Position numbers and translations under genes: made by a program. The notes below the pieces were generated by a model. The model searched no databases, had not been told where the DNA came from, and saw only the letters and a list, made by a program, of their open reading frames with translations. A stretch of 64,000 bases of DNA, taken from Clostridia bacterium. GTDB taxonomy: Bacteria; Bacillota; Clostridia; JAAYHZ01. This document shows positions 30,613 through 40,606 of this stretch, one piece after another (the first letter of the stretch is position 1; each line of letters opens with the position of its first letter). Location: NCBI GenBank assembly GCA_050950825.1, contig JBMNIH010000005.1:32001-96000 (forward strand). The letters run 5' to 3'.

Positions 30613-31776
30613 ATGGACGAACGGATTTTCATACCTTACGGCTTTTTGATTGTGGTAGACGATGTAGGCTGGTGGTGCGGGTATGACCAAAGGTACAAAA
30701 ACGGACCGTCCCGCTCCGGCATCGAACGTTACCACTGCATTGAAGACTACAAAGCCATCATCGAGATCGGAAAAAGCTTAAACATGCGAATCAAGTGCGG
30801 GTTTGTGGCGGGAGAATGGGACCGAAATAACATATTGGCCAAGGTGCCAAACTCCAACAAGCACGGGTCCGATTGGGACAATGCGTCAAGGCTCCACCCT
30901 CAGATCGAAGAAGCGGCCCACCTTATCAATGCCAACAGTCCGTACATCGAGCTTGCCATGCACGGCGTTATGCATATGTACCGGGACGATGACGGAAAAA
31001 TGCAGCCTGCCGAATTTTATCAACGAGACGAAAAAACGGGCAAAAACCGCATGACGCCGCCATCCGTTATACGGCGGCACATCGATGCGTTTTTTGAGAT
31101 ATTGCGGCAAAACCGGTTGTCTACCGACATTGTAAGCTTCATTCCCCCCTGCTTTATATACACCTACTCCAAGGAAGATGACCACCTTTCACATATTCTC
31201 GCCGAATACGGCATCAAATACATATCCACCCCTTTTCCGAGCATGCAGTACACTTCTTCCGAAAAACCGGTTTCCGCCTGCGTGGAAAACGGAATCATCA
31301 CGGTAGACAGAACCGGGGATTTGACCGGGTGGTACGAGGTCGATGCCAAAACTCCCGAAACAATCAAGAAAAGCTACTACGGCATGCACTGGCCTAACTT
31401 TTTGAACCAAGACCCCGACAAGAACATGGATACGGTAAACCGATGGATTCGGTACTTTAAAAAATACGAAGGCCAATTCGAGATATTGCCGGCAAGAAAC
31501 AACATGGAAGGGTCCTCCCAAGCCTTGTACAAAAGGTTTATCGATATGAAGGTTTCGGAAGACAAGGCGGTTTTGGATTTTACCGAACCGAACCTACGGG
31601 AAGCGACGGGCCTTACCGATTACTTTTTCATCAATGCCAAAAACAACGTGACCTTATCCGCCGACTCCTCCGTCGATATAGAGGCCGACAAGATTTACGA
31701 AGACTATACCACCTACAAGATCACCCGAAAAAAACCTTATTCGCCTTACGCCGTCCTTACAATTAATAGTCGGTAG
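30613..31776 (+). CDS. Hypothetical protein, deacetylase-like (NodB-type) fold
   Basis: IVVDDVGW, ELAMHG..H, SFIPP, GMHW. Confidence 0.55.
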   Translation: MDERIFIPYGFLIVVDDVGWWCGYDQRYKNGPSRSGIERYHCIEDYKAIIEIGKSLNMRIKCGFVAGEWDRNNILAKVPNSNKHGSDWDNASRLHPQIEEAAHLINANSPYIELAMHGVMHMYRDDDGKMQPAEFYQRDEKTGKNRMTPPSVIRRHIDAFFEILRQNRLSTDIVSFIPPCFIYTYSKEDDHLSHILAEYGIKYISTPFPSMQYTSSEKPVSACVENGIITVDRTGDLTGWYEVDAKTPETIKKSYYGMHWPNFLNQDPDKNMDTVNRWIRYFKKYEGQFEILPARNNMEGSSQALYKRFIDMKVSEDKAVLDFTEPNLREATGLTDYFFINAKNNVTLSADSSVDIEADKIYEDYTTYKITRKKPYSPYAVLTINSR

Positions 31777-33688
31777 CCTTTACCTTGGCGATGGTTTTTT
31801 CAATGTATCGTTTTAACTTTTCCTCGAAAACATCGGGAGTGATTTCTTTGTTTTCAATCATAAACAAGCCTTTTTCCCAGCTCGCCGTCAAGATCGGGTT
31901 TAAAAGCTCCTTAGCGGTTCGAGCCACAATATTGACGATTTCCTCCCCTTTGGGAGTCGGCGTTACGATACGGGTTCTCGGTTGAATCTTGATGTGCTTG
32001 TTGTCCGCCAATTTTTGTATGATTCCCGCTCTTGTTGCGGATGTTCCGATACCGCAGGTTTTGATTTGTTCTCTTAATTCCTCGTCCTCAATGTATCTTC
32101 CGGCCTTCTCCATGGCCACGATCAAGGTACCGTCGGTGTACCTTGGAGGAGGCTTTGTTTCCTTTTGCTCCGTATGAAACCCGTCGATGCGGCAGGGTTC
32201 GCCCTTGATGAGGTTTTGTATCGGCGAGTCGGACAGGTCCTCTTCCTTTTTCTCGGACATATCGTAAACCTCTTTCCAGCCGATGGCCTTTAAAGCTTTG
32301 GAATTCGTAACAAAGGTCTCTCCGTCCACATCCGTTTCCACCTTTACGGTATTGTATTCGGCGGGAGGATAAAAGACCGCTAAGAACCGCTTTACTATCA
32401 AATCGTAAATCTTTTTTTCCTTCTCCTCCAACAAAGACAAATCCTTGGTTACATAGGTCGGGATAATGGCATAGTGATCCTGTACCTTGCCGTCATCCAC
32501 AAACCGTTTGTTGTTTTTATTCACCGCAAAAGGCCCGAATGTCTTTATTTTCGCAACGCTTTCTTTGTATGCGACGTTTTTGTAAAGGCCGTTCAATATT
32601 TTCGGCAGCTCCGGAAGCACCTCGGTGGATAAAACCCTGCTATCCGTTCTCGGGTAAGAAATGAGCTTTTTCTCGTAGAGGTCTTGGGCGATCTCCAAGG
32701 TTTTGTTAACCGAAATTTTAAACCTTTTGTTGGCTTCCGATTGTAGCTCCGCAAGGTTAAACAAAAGAGGAGGCGGCTCCTTCTTTATTTTCTTTTCCAC
32801 CTTTTTTACCTTGGCCGTCTTTCCTTCCAACCTTTTGATTAATTCTTCGGCTTCTTCCTTGCTCAGGTATTTTTCTTGAGGTTCTTCTTCGTCCTTGCCG
32901 TTCTCCGCTTTTTTATCCTCTTTTTTCGGCTGCCACTTTCCTTTGTAGGAAATTTTGCTTTCCTCGGAGAAAAAGTCGGCGGTAACGATATAGTAGGGTT
33001 TGGGTATGAAGTTGCGAATCTCTCTTTCTCTTTGGACCACCAGACCCAAAACGCAAGTCATAACCCTGCCGATAGGAATGACTGTCTTTTTTTCTTCATT
33101 TAAAACTTGGGAGAGCTTTTTCCCGTATCGGATGGTATAGAGTCGGCTGAAGTTCATGCCGAAAAGCCAATCTTCCTTGGCTCGGCAATAGGCGGCATTC
33201 CCTAAGGAATCGTATTCCGAAAGGTCTTTTGCTTCTTGGATTCCTTTAAGGATGGCCTCTTTCGTTTGGGCGTTAATCCATACCCTCTTCACCGGTTTCG
33301 TACATTTCGTTCGATGGTATACCAGACGGAAGATGTACTCCCCTTCCCGTCCGCTGTCGGTACAGGAATAGACGATATCGATATCCTTTCGATTCATGAG
33401 CTTTTCAATGGTTTTAAACTGCTTGGCAACTCCTTTGCCCTTGATGACTTCGTAAATGTATTGATCGGGAATGATAGGCAGGTCTTCGATCCTCCAGTAC
33501 CGGTATTTCGGATCATATGCTTCCGGGTAAGCAAGCGTCACCAAGTGCCCGTAGCACCAGGATATGACGGAGTCGTTTTGTTCGGCAAAGCCTTTCTTAC
33601 GGTCGGAGGGCGTGATTTTTATTCCCAGTGCTTCCGCAAAGCTTACGGCTACCGACGGTTTTTCGGTTATGTATAGCTTTTTACCCAC
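31763..33688 (-). CDS. topB: DNA topoisomerase III (type IA)
   Basis: ITEKPSVA TOPRIM, TDSGREGE, GRVMT, ISYPRTDS catalytic Tyr, GIGTSATRA. Confidence 0.9.
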   Translation of the reverse strand: MGKKLYITEKPSVAVSFAEALGIKITPSDRKKGFAEQNDSVISWCYGHLVTLAYPEAYDPKYRYWRIEDLPIIPDQYIYEVIKGKGVAKQFKTIEKLMNRKDIDIVYSCTDSGREGEYIFRLVYHRTKCTKPVKRVWINAQTKEAILKGIQEAKDLSEYDSLGNAAYCRAKEDWLFGMNFSRLYTIRYGKKLSQVLNEEKKTVIPIGRVMTCVLGLVVQREREIRNFIPKPYYIVTADFFSEESKISYKGKWQPKKEDKKAENGKDEEEPQEKYLSKEEAEELIKRLEGKTAKVKKVEKKIKKEPPPLLFNLAELQSEANKRFKISVNKTLEIAQDLYEKKLISYPRTDSRVLSTEVLPELPKILNGLYKNVAYKESVAKIKTFGPFAVNKNNKRFVDDGKVQDHYAIIPTYVTKDLSLLEEKEKKIYDLIVKRFLAVFYPPAEYNTVKVETDVDGETFVTNSKALKAIGWKEVYDMSEKKEEDLSDSPIQNLIKGEPCRIDGFHTEQKETKPPPRYTDGTLIVAMEKAGRYIEDEELREQIKTCGIGTSATRAGIIQKLADNKHIKIQPRTRIVTPTPKGEEIVNIVARTAKELLNPILTASWEKGLFMIENKEITPDVFEEKLKRYIEKTIAKVKATDY

Positions 33689-33832
33689 TTACCTCACCTT
33701 TCATCCCTTGTTCTTTGATTCATAGCCATTGTACATGCTTTGATTTTGGTTTTCAATGGAAACAGCCCTTCTTTCGAAAGGCTGTCCTTTTTCATCGAAT
33801 TTTTTCTCCGGTCGGGATTGTTGTACCCCTTC

Positions 33833-34192
33833 TCATTCGTTGTATTTTAAATTACTCCCTCGGAATTCGTCCTTCGGGTATTTTTCTTCGTTGGCATCCA
33901 GCTTGCTTTTCAATGCATCGGACAAATCCATGCCGTTCATTTGGGCAAATCGAAGGATAAAGAAAAAGGTATCCGCCAATTCCTCTTCGATCTTTTTCCG
34001 TTTTTCGGGAGATTCCATCATGCGTTGCATCTGTTCTTCCGACTTAAAGCGGAACAAATCCAACAATTCATTGGCTTCGGTGGATATTCCGATAGCCAAA
34101 TCCTTCGGATTATGAAACTGACTCCAGTCCCTATCCTCGCAAAACTTTTTAACCGCTTCTTTGCATTCTTTGACAGTGATTCGATCGTCCAT
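33833..34192 (-). CDS. MazG-like nucleotide pyrophosphohydrolase
   Basis: RDWSQFHNPKDLA..EANELL..EELAD..N.EKYP. Confidence 0.9.
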   Translation of the reverse strand: MDDRITVKECKEAVKKFCEDRDWSQFHNPKDLAIGISTEANELLDLFRFKSEEQMQRMMESPEKRKKIEEELADTFFFILRFAQMNGMDLSDALKSKLDANEEKYPKDEFRGSNLKYNE

Positions 34193-34201
34193 CGTCTTTT
34201 C

Positions 34202-36067
34202 CTACTTCATCATTCTTTTTAAATATTCTCTCAACCCCGGGTCCGTACAGTACACATAACAGCCCTTCATGCCCCGTGTCAAAAGCGTTCGGTACGTGTT
34301 GCGGATAATTTCATCGGCCAATTTTTCGGCTTTTTCAGGATCTTCTTTGGCCATCGCCTTTATTCCGTGAATGGATCGGTCGGATTTGGCACGTGCCGTG
34401 TAGTCGGTAATGACGCGGCCGTTTTCGTATCTTAAGTCATTGCCGATAATAACGCCTACGTAATCGAATTCCAAGCCTTGCGCCGTATGAATGCATCCCG
34501 CTTGGTATACCGAATCCTTGTCGATGGCATACGTGGAGGTGGAAGAAAGATTCCAGCTTATGCCGAAATCCCCGATTTTAATATCGTGATAGTTCGGGTT
34601 GTTCTGTTCCTTTTTCGGCCACTCCCAACAGTAGCCTGCAAGAATTCGTGCACGGTTTGAAGGACGATTGAGCTCGATAATAGTATCCCTTAAAACCTTC
34701 GGATCATCCAACACATGAAAATCGTAATCGATTCCTTCCAAGGTATAGTTGGCCGTCTCCCTTATACCCAATACATTATCGATCCAAGCCAAATAACCGT
34801 CGGACCCGTTGCAGCGGAATTGAGAAACCAATTCGTTTTCATATATTTCCGCTCCGAATAACATCGCTTGTTTTTTGATTTCCTCGACGCTTCCGATGTC
34901 TTTGATATGGATTCTTTGGTGTTCATCGATAAAGAAAATACTGCACTTGGCTGCGTTTATGATTTCTTTTATTTGGTTTTCGCCTACGTTGGACATCATC
35001 CCGGATTTTTCATTAAGACGATGGGCTTCGTCTACGATAAGGGTATCGATGTAGTTTTTCGGTACGTCCACGTAACTTCCGGAGCTTTTAAACAAGTTGT
35101 GGATACGGCCTTTTGTAAGAGTGCCGGTCAGCTTGGCTACATATACGTTTCTCGGTGCGCTGTTTTTCGAAACGTATTGGCACAGCTGATCTCTGTTTGT
35201 CAGTTCCGCCAAAAGGTTTACCGCCACAACGGATTTTCCTGTACCGGGTCCGCCTTTTACAATGTATACTCTCTTTTTCTCATCCTTCTTGCTTTTTTCA
35301 GCCAATTCCATGGCTTCATCAAAGACAACCTTTTGTTCGTCTAACATGATGAACTCTCGGTTCCCTTTCAACATACTAGTCAAGGAATCCTGCAAGCTTT
35401 TCGAAGGACGAATTTTCCCTTTATCGATTAGATACAGCGTTTCGCGGTTATCTCCGTACTTGATGAATTTTTTGATGAAAGCTCTTAGTTTTACGATATC
35501 GCCGTGGGCGAATACCGGTGCTTTCGTAAGGTACGCCCTATATTTCGGGTGCTCAATAACATCATGAGGTTCTTTTATGTAATTATGAAGATAGGCACAG
35601 GGTATAAGCTTTATTTTTTGGTCTTGAACATTGGCGTTATAATCTTCGAGCATGGCACAATAGGACCAAGCTTGATAAGAAGGATGTACGACTCTTCTCA
35701 ACCCTTGTCCAACATAGGTTTCCACGAGAGCATCGCTTCCTTCGACAAGTCGCACCTTGTCCCATTGTTTCAGCTCGATGACAACGGCATTTTTGCTTCG
35801 TTTTTCTCCGTAACCGGACAAGATAAAATCGATTCTCTTTGCCGTTTGCGGTATATTGTACTCGATGGCAACCCCGGAGTTATACGGTATGTGCGGATCG
35901 TTTAATACCTTGTACATATACTGCAGCGAATTCTCCCAAGCGTTGTATTCATTCTTCGAAATCCTTCTCCGCATCTTTTCATATATCAACGTTTCAATCC
36001 GTGAAGGCAGCACATCTTCTTCCATACCCGACATAAAATCCGATTTTATACCTTCGTATATGAGCAT
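34202..36067 (-). CDS. DUF2075 / Schlafen-group-3-like nuclease-helicase
   Basis: N-terminal RIDF..IELKQW (PD-(D/E)xK-like); GGPGTGKS, DEAHR, QFRC, QGLEFDY, LLTRG. Confidence 0.85.
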   Translation of the reverse strand: MLIYEGIKSDFMSGMEEDVLPSRIETLIYEKMRRRISKNEYNAWENSLQYMYKVLNDPHIPYNSGVAIEYNIPQTAKRIDFILSGYGEKRSKNAVVIELKQWDKVRLVEGSDALVETYVGQGLRRVVHPSYQAWSYCAMLEDYNANVQDQKIKLIPCAYLHNYIKEPHDVIEHPKYRAYLTKAPVFAHGDIVKLRAFIKKFIKYGDNRETLYLIDKGKIRPSKSLQDSLTSMLKGNREFIMLDEQKVVFDEAMELAEKSKKDEKKRVYIVKGGPGTGKSVVAVNLLAELTNRDQLCQYVSKNSAPRNVYVAKLTGTLTKGRIHNLFKSSGSYVDVPKNYIDTLIVDEAHRLNEKSGMMSNVGENQIKEIINAAKCSIFFIDEHQRIHIKDIGSVEEIKKQAMLFGAEIYENELVSQFRCNGSDGYLAWIDNVLGIRETANYTLEGIDYDFHVLDDPKVLRDTIIELNRPSNRARILAGYCWEWPKKEQNNPNYHDIKIGDFGISWNLSSTSTYAIDKDSVYQAGCIHTAQGLEFDYVGVIIGNDLRYENGRVITDYTARAKSDRSIHGIKAMAKEDPEKAEKLADEIIRNTYRTLLTRGMKGCYVYCTDPGLREYLKRMMK

Positions 36068-36084
36068 GCTATTCCCTCTTTCTC

Positions 36085-38643
36085 CTATTCATTACTATCA
36101 TAATCCATAAGACTTTTATACTTTTCCTCCAAGCGTTCTTTATAGAACCTTCTTGTTCGGTAATCTATCGTGTCTTTAAAATGCTTTAGGAATGAACCGT
36201 TGGTTATATACGGTTCCAGTTCTTCCGTTAAACAGAATAATCCGTCTTCCTCGTAGAAAAACTCTCCGGCTGACTGCATGAGAAATTTCATAGGATTTCT
36301 TCGGGCAAGACTGACATATTCTTTTTTACCCCAGTTTATATATTCGGCACTGCTTTTATCCTTTAAAAGGTCAATAGAATTGGACCTTTTGGCATAGAAC
36401 TCTTTAAAGCTTCTGTAAATATCCTCGTCAGTTACTTTAAGCTTCATGTCTCCGTTGTTATAGAAAGCCAATAATACGGGCATTTTATACATTTTCGTCA
36501 TACTCGTATTTTCAATTTCCCTAAGAAAAGCATGGGCTTTTGTGCCGATTAATAATTTTTCTTCTTCGGATGCTTCCCCGATCTTATCCAAAAAGGAAAG
36601 ATAATCACGAAAGATATTCAGCTCTTTTCTTGTTCTTATGGTTTTATACAATCCTTCGTCCATGTAGGTATAGATTGCAAGCCTTAAGGGTTTGGCATCA
36701 AGCTTGTCCTTTATTCGATCGTATTCATCACGTATTTTATCGTAGAGTCCTTTTTCTTCTTCCGCCATGCGCTTAAATAGGTCGATAATACGAAGGTCAA
36801 AGTCAACGATACAATCATCCGGATAATCTTCTTCCTTCGGTATAGAAAAAGCTTTGGATTTACCGTCATACCCCTTTATATCTCCCGTCAAGAAAAAGGG
36901 GATCAAGTACGCCTTTTTGTAATTTCCGATAAAGTCCAAAACATTGACGTATTTTTTGTTGCCTTTTTTACGTAAACCTCTTCCGAGCTGCTGCAAAAAT
37001 ACGGTGGGCGATTCGGTAGGTCTTAGAAACATGACCATATCCACTTCAGGGATATCAAGACCTTCATTGAACATATCTACGGAAAAGATTACGTTAATTT
37101 CGGCTCTTTTTAATTTCTCAACCGCTTCCTTACGGTCCAAAACAAAAGAGTTCCCGTCGGTTAAATTCTTATCGTCACTAATGACGGCACAGGCTTGAAT
37201 TCCGTTATTCATAAAATATTCCGCCATGTAAACGGCGTGCTTTCTACCTGAGCAGAATCCCAACGCTCTTATGCTGTTGTATTTTCTATAATGCTCTAAA
37301 ATGAGGTCCGCTCTGCTTTCGTTACTTAACGCATCTTCCAGCTGTCTTTCGTCGTATTTCCCGTGCCTATAATCAATCTCGCTGTAATTCGTCCGGTCAA
37401 ACACTCCGTAATAGCGGAAGGGCACCAGCCAGCCTTTGTTTATGGCTTCTTTCAAGCGAGCTTCATAAACGACGTTGTAATCGCAGAGGGCAAAAACGTC
37501 TTGGTTGTCCAATCTTTCGGGAGTAGCGGTAAGTCCGAGCAAAAATTTCGGCTTAAAATATTCGATGATGTTTAAATAGCTTTCAGCTACCGCATGGTGA
37601 AATTCGTCAATGACAATATAATCAAAGGCATCCTTGGCAAAATACGAATCGCTTAAATATTCTTTTCGTCCTAATGTTTGTACCGTGGAAAAGATGATAT
37701 CGGCATCCGTGTCCTTACGATTCCCGCTAAAAAAGCCCGTGGTAGCATCCGGTTTAACACGTTTAAAGGTTTGCTCCGCTTGATTCAAGATCTCTTCCCT
37801 ATGAGCGATAAACAGTATTCTTTCGAATTTCAGAGAATCAAAAGCCGCTAAAAACGTTTTACCGGTACCGGTGGCAGCCACTACAATTCCTCGGTCCCAT
37901 CCGTCGGATCTGGATTTTTTCAATTCGTATAAAGCTTCGATTTGGGGACCCATGGGACACGGAAACTTGATTATTTCACATTCCTTTTCAACCTCTCCAT
38001 TATCAAAATCCGCTTGCTCCTCCGCCGCCTTGGACTCTTCCGATAGAGCTTGCCCGTCTTCTAGCTTTTCGATTTCTTCAAAGATTTTTGGCTTTTTCCA
38101 GCTCTTTGAGTACCGGCGCATTTCATTGTCATCTACAATAATGGATTTATTTAAGAACAAGTCTTCGAAGGTTTTTCGGAAATAATTGAATTCTTCCGGA
38201 TTGATTTTGGAATTAATTCTGTAATTCCATTCGATACCGTCCGTTAAAGCCGAACGAGATATATTGGATGATCCGATGAAAATATCGCCGTGGTCCCCGT
38301 ATTCAAAAATATAAGCTTTCGGATGAAAGGATTTGTTAGGCACGCCGTAAAAGCGTAAATCCACTTTATCGCCTAAGATATCCTTTAGCAAATAAAGAGC
38401 GGGCGGCTGCGTTATCTTAAGGTAGTTTCCGCATAAAATCCTTAACCGGGCTCCCCGGTCCACCGCTTCTTTAAAATCATTCACCAAAAGCCTAACACCG
38501 GATTCCATAAGAAAAGATACGATAATATCGATATTCTGAGCTTTATAAATGCATTCCTTAAGATAGTAATACAAAAAGTCCGTATCACCGGTGATGCAAT
38601 TTCTTTTGAATGAATGATTGTTATCCCATATCATCTCAGACAT
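36085..38643 (-). CDS. PLD-nuclease + SF2 (ResIII/DEAD) helicase fusion
   Basis: HPKAYIF..GSSN PLD motif; ATGTGKT, DEFHH, TATP, QQLGRGLR; start uncertain (38634/38643/38712). Confidence 0.88.
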   Translation of the reverse strand: MSEMIWDNNHSFKRNCITGDTDFLYYYLKECIYKAQNIDIIVSFLMESGVRLLVNDFKEAVDRGARLRILCGNYLKITQPPALYLLKDILGDKVDLRFYGVPNKSFHPKAYIFEYGDHGDIFIGSSNISRSALTDGIEWNYRINSKINPEEFNYFRKTFEDLFLNKSIIVDDNEMRRYSKSWKKPKIFEEIEKLEDGQALSEESKAAEEQADFDNGEVEKECEIIKFPCPMGPQIEALYELKKSRSDGWDRGIVVAATGTGKTFLAAFDSLKFERILFIAHREEILNQAEQTFKRVKPDATTGFFSGNRKDTDADIIFSTVQTLGRKEYLSDSYFAKDAFDYIVIDEFHHAVAESYLNIIEYFKPKFLLGLTATPERLDNQDVFALCDYNVVYEARLKEAINKGWLVPFRYYGVFDRTNYSEIDYRHGKYDERQLEDALSNESRADLILEHYRKYNSIRALGFCSGRKHAVYMAEYFMNNGIQACAVISDDKNLTDGNSFVLDRKEAVEKLKRAEINVIFSVDMFNEGLDIPEVDMVMFLRPTESPTVFLQQLGRGLRKKGNKKYVNVLDFIGNYKKAYLIPFFLTGDIKGYDGKSKAFSIPKEEDYPDDCIVDFDLRIIDLFKRMAEEEKGLYDKIRDEYDRIKDKLDAKPLRLAIYTYMDEGLYKTIRTRKELNIFRDYLSFLDKIGEASEEEKLLIGTKAHAFLREIENTSMTKMYKMPVLLAFYNNGDMKLKVTDEDIYRSFKEFYAKRSNSIDLLKDKSSAEYINWGKKEYVSLARRNPMKFLMQSAGEFFYEEDGLFCLTEELEPYITNGSFLKHFKDTIDYRTRRFYKERLEEKYKSLMDYDSNE

Positions 38644-38818
38644 ACCTCTTAACACTACGGATATGCATTTATACAAGGTTTTTAACCCGCATATCGGAAG
38701 ACGCTCAAGCATAAAGCTTCAACCGTATTTATTATAGCAAATAACGACAATATTCGACATAAAGAATAAAAAGAAATGCAATAACACCCTATTTTAACCA
38801 AAATATCGGTTATCGCGA

Positions 38819-39502
38819 TCAGTCATTGGTAGCATCCCCGTCTCCCTGTACCGGGATGGTTTCTCCGAGGAAAGTAGGCTGAGGTTGTAGGATAACGTAT
38901 ATGAAGTCCTTGACACGGGCCAGTATTTCCCGTAGATCGCGGTATTCTTGACCTGCATAAGGCCTTAGATCCGAAGATACGCCGATAGCATCAATTCCTA
39001 AGCCTTTTGCGACGTACAATGCTCGATAAAGGTGGTATTCTTGCGTTACGATAACCGCCTTTTTCACCAAAAAGATATCTCTTGCTCGGTACAGGCTGTC
39101 GTATGTAGAAAATCCGGCATGGTCCATAAAGACATGAGAAGACGGAATACCTCGGTCAATGGCAAACTTTTTCATAACATTGACTTCGTCGTAATCGTCT
39201 TTTCCGTGGTCACCGCTCATAAGAAGCCGATTCGAAAGACCTTTTTCATAAAGCGCGGTACCGGTGATCAAACGGTCTTCCAGCATGTGGCTCGGCCGGT
39301 CTCCCCATACCCCTGCCCCTAATATCAATATACAGTCCGCCTCATAATTCGTTATATCATTAATTGTATAAATCCTGTCCTTTACCGAGTTTCGTACATA
39401 GCCGTTAATAAGGAAAACGGCTAAAAGACCTACCGTAACGAGCAGGATAATCGTTGTTATGAATTTTAATATGCATCGAAATAATATCTTCAATAGTTTC
39501 AT
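38819..39502 (-). CDS. SanA/ElyC/YdcF (DUF218) family protein
   Basis: LILGAG, LEDRL, LMSGD, DHAGFSTYDS, VTQEYHLYRA, REILAR. Confidence 0.88.
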   Translation of the reverse strand: MKLLKILFRCILKFITTIILLVTVGLLAVFLINGYVRNSVKDRIYTINDITNYEADCILILGAGVWGDRPSHMLEDRLITGTALYEKGLSNRLLMSGDHGKDDYDEVNVMKKFAIDRGIPSSHVFMDHAGFSTYDSLYRARDIFLVKKAVIVTQEYHLYRALYVAKGLGIDAIGVSSDLRPYAGQEYRDLREILARVKDFIYVILQPQPTFLGETIPVQGDGDATND

Positions 39503-39717
39503 CGCCGTCTACTCTTTTAATTTCTTTTCACCATGGTAGCATAGGTCAAAGGCTTCTATCAACCGTTAACATTTTACGGTATAAAAGGAAATCCTGTCAT
39601 GAAAAAATTCATATTTAATTCATTGATTATCTGAGGTTTTACCTGTATAATTAAACACTGTATGTAATTGAAATTATTTCAGTAATCCTTTTGAAGTGGA
39701 GACAAAAAAGCAATCAG

Positions 39718-40329
39718 ATGAATGTATTAACTCATATAGGTATATCGTTACGCCTAAGGAATGCCATCAAGCGTTCCATGGACGTGAAGCTTTCAACGTT
39801 AGGGTTTATTTGGGGGAATGTTAAGCCGGATTTGATTTCGAGACAAAGAAAAATCCCTCATTTTAAGAAAGATGCGGATTTATATTTCCGCACGGAAGTA
39901 AGACGTATTATCAATAAAAGGATCTATGAAAACGAAAAGTGTCCCGTAGACTTTTCCGTTCACTTAGGCACAATTACCCATTATTTATCGGACTTTTTTT
40001 GCCACGCCCATTCCGAAAACTTTAAGGGCGGGTTTTTTAAACATAACCTTTATGAAGCTTGGCTTAATTTGCATTGCGCCGTCCATTCCGGGCGCATCGT
40101 TCAAGAACATGAAAATGCCGACGTGATATTCTACAACTCAAACGCTATCTGCAACCGCATTGATAAGCTTCAGTATAAGTACTTAAAATCCAAAAAAAGT
40201 GCTAGACCCGAAACCGATTTGAACTACCTGTACAAAGCATGCATGATGCTAAGCCGCTCGATTATAGCAAGCTGCTTGGTAGGCGTGGAAGCCGTTGCAA
40301 TTCCACAGCTATCTGTTTTTACCCCTTGA
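39718..40329 (+). CDS. Zinc-dependent phospholipase C family protein
   Basis: N-terminal TH, GNVKPD, LG..THYLSDFFCHAH, H..YE. Confidence 0.8.
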   Translation: MNVLTHIGISLRLRNAIKRSMDVKLSTLGFIWGNVKPDLISRQRKIPHFKKDADLYFRTEVRRIINKRIYENEKCPVDFSVHLGTITHYLSDFFCHAHSENFKGGFFKHNLYEAWLNLHCAVHSGRIVQEHENADVIFYNSNAICNRIDKLQYKYLKSKKSARPETDLNYLYKACMMLSRSIIASCLVGVEAVAIPQLSVFTP

Positions 40330-40333
40330 TCCT

Positions 40334-40366
40334 AAGAACCGGCAGAGAAATCTTCCGGTTCTTTTT
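40334..40366 (+). terminator. Intrinsic terminator
   Basis: AAGAACCGG..CCGGTTCTT followed by T tract. Confidence 0.7.
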
Positions 40367-40606
40367 CATATGAACACGCATCAATACTCTCATTCACAAT
40401 CTTAGAAAATCTAATATATCTCATATTCTATATAATTCATTAATACTTATTGTAGCTTTCTTGGAATGATATGGTATAATACCCGTGTAGCCGGTATGAA
40501 TATACGGCAGCTTATAGACATTCGTTAAGGTTGACTGTTCTGTTGACGGAACGGGGGCAAAAGTCCCCGTTTGATATAATCAACAAACCTTAAGGAGGTA
40601 TATTGC

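Noticed and set aside
31763-38712. ICE or conjugative element implied by topB and helicases
   Set aside because: No relaxase, T4SS, integrase or att repeats seen
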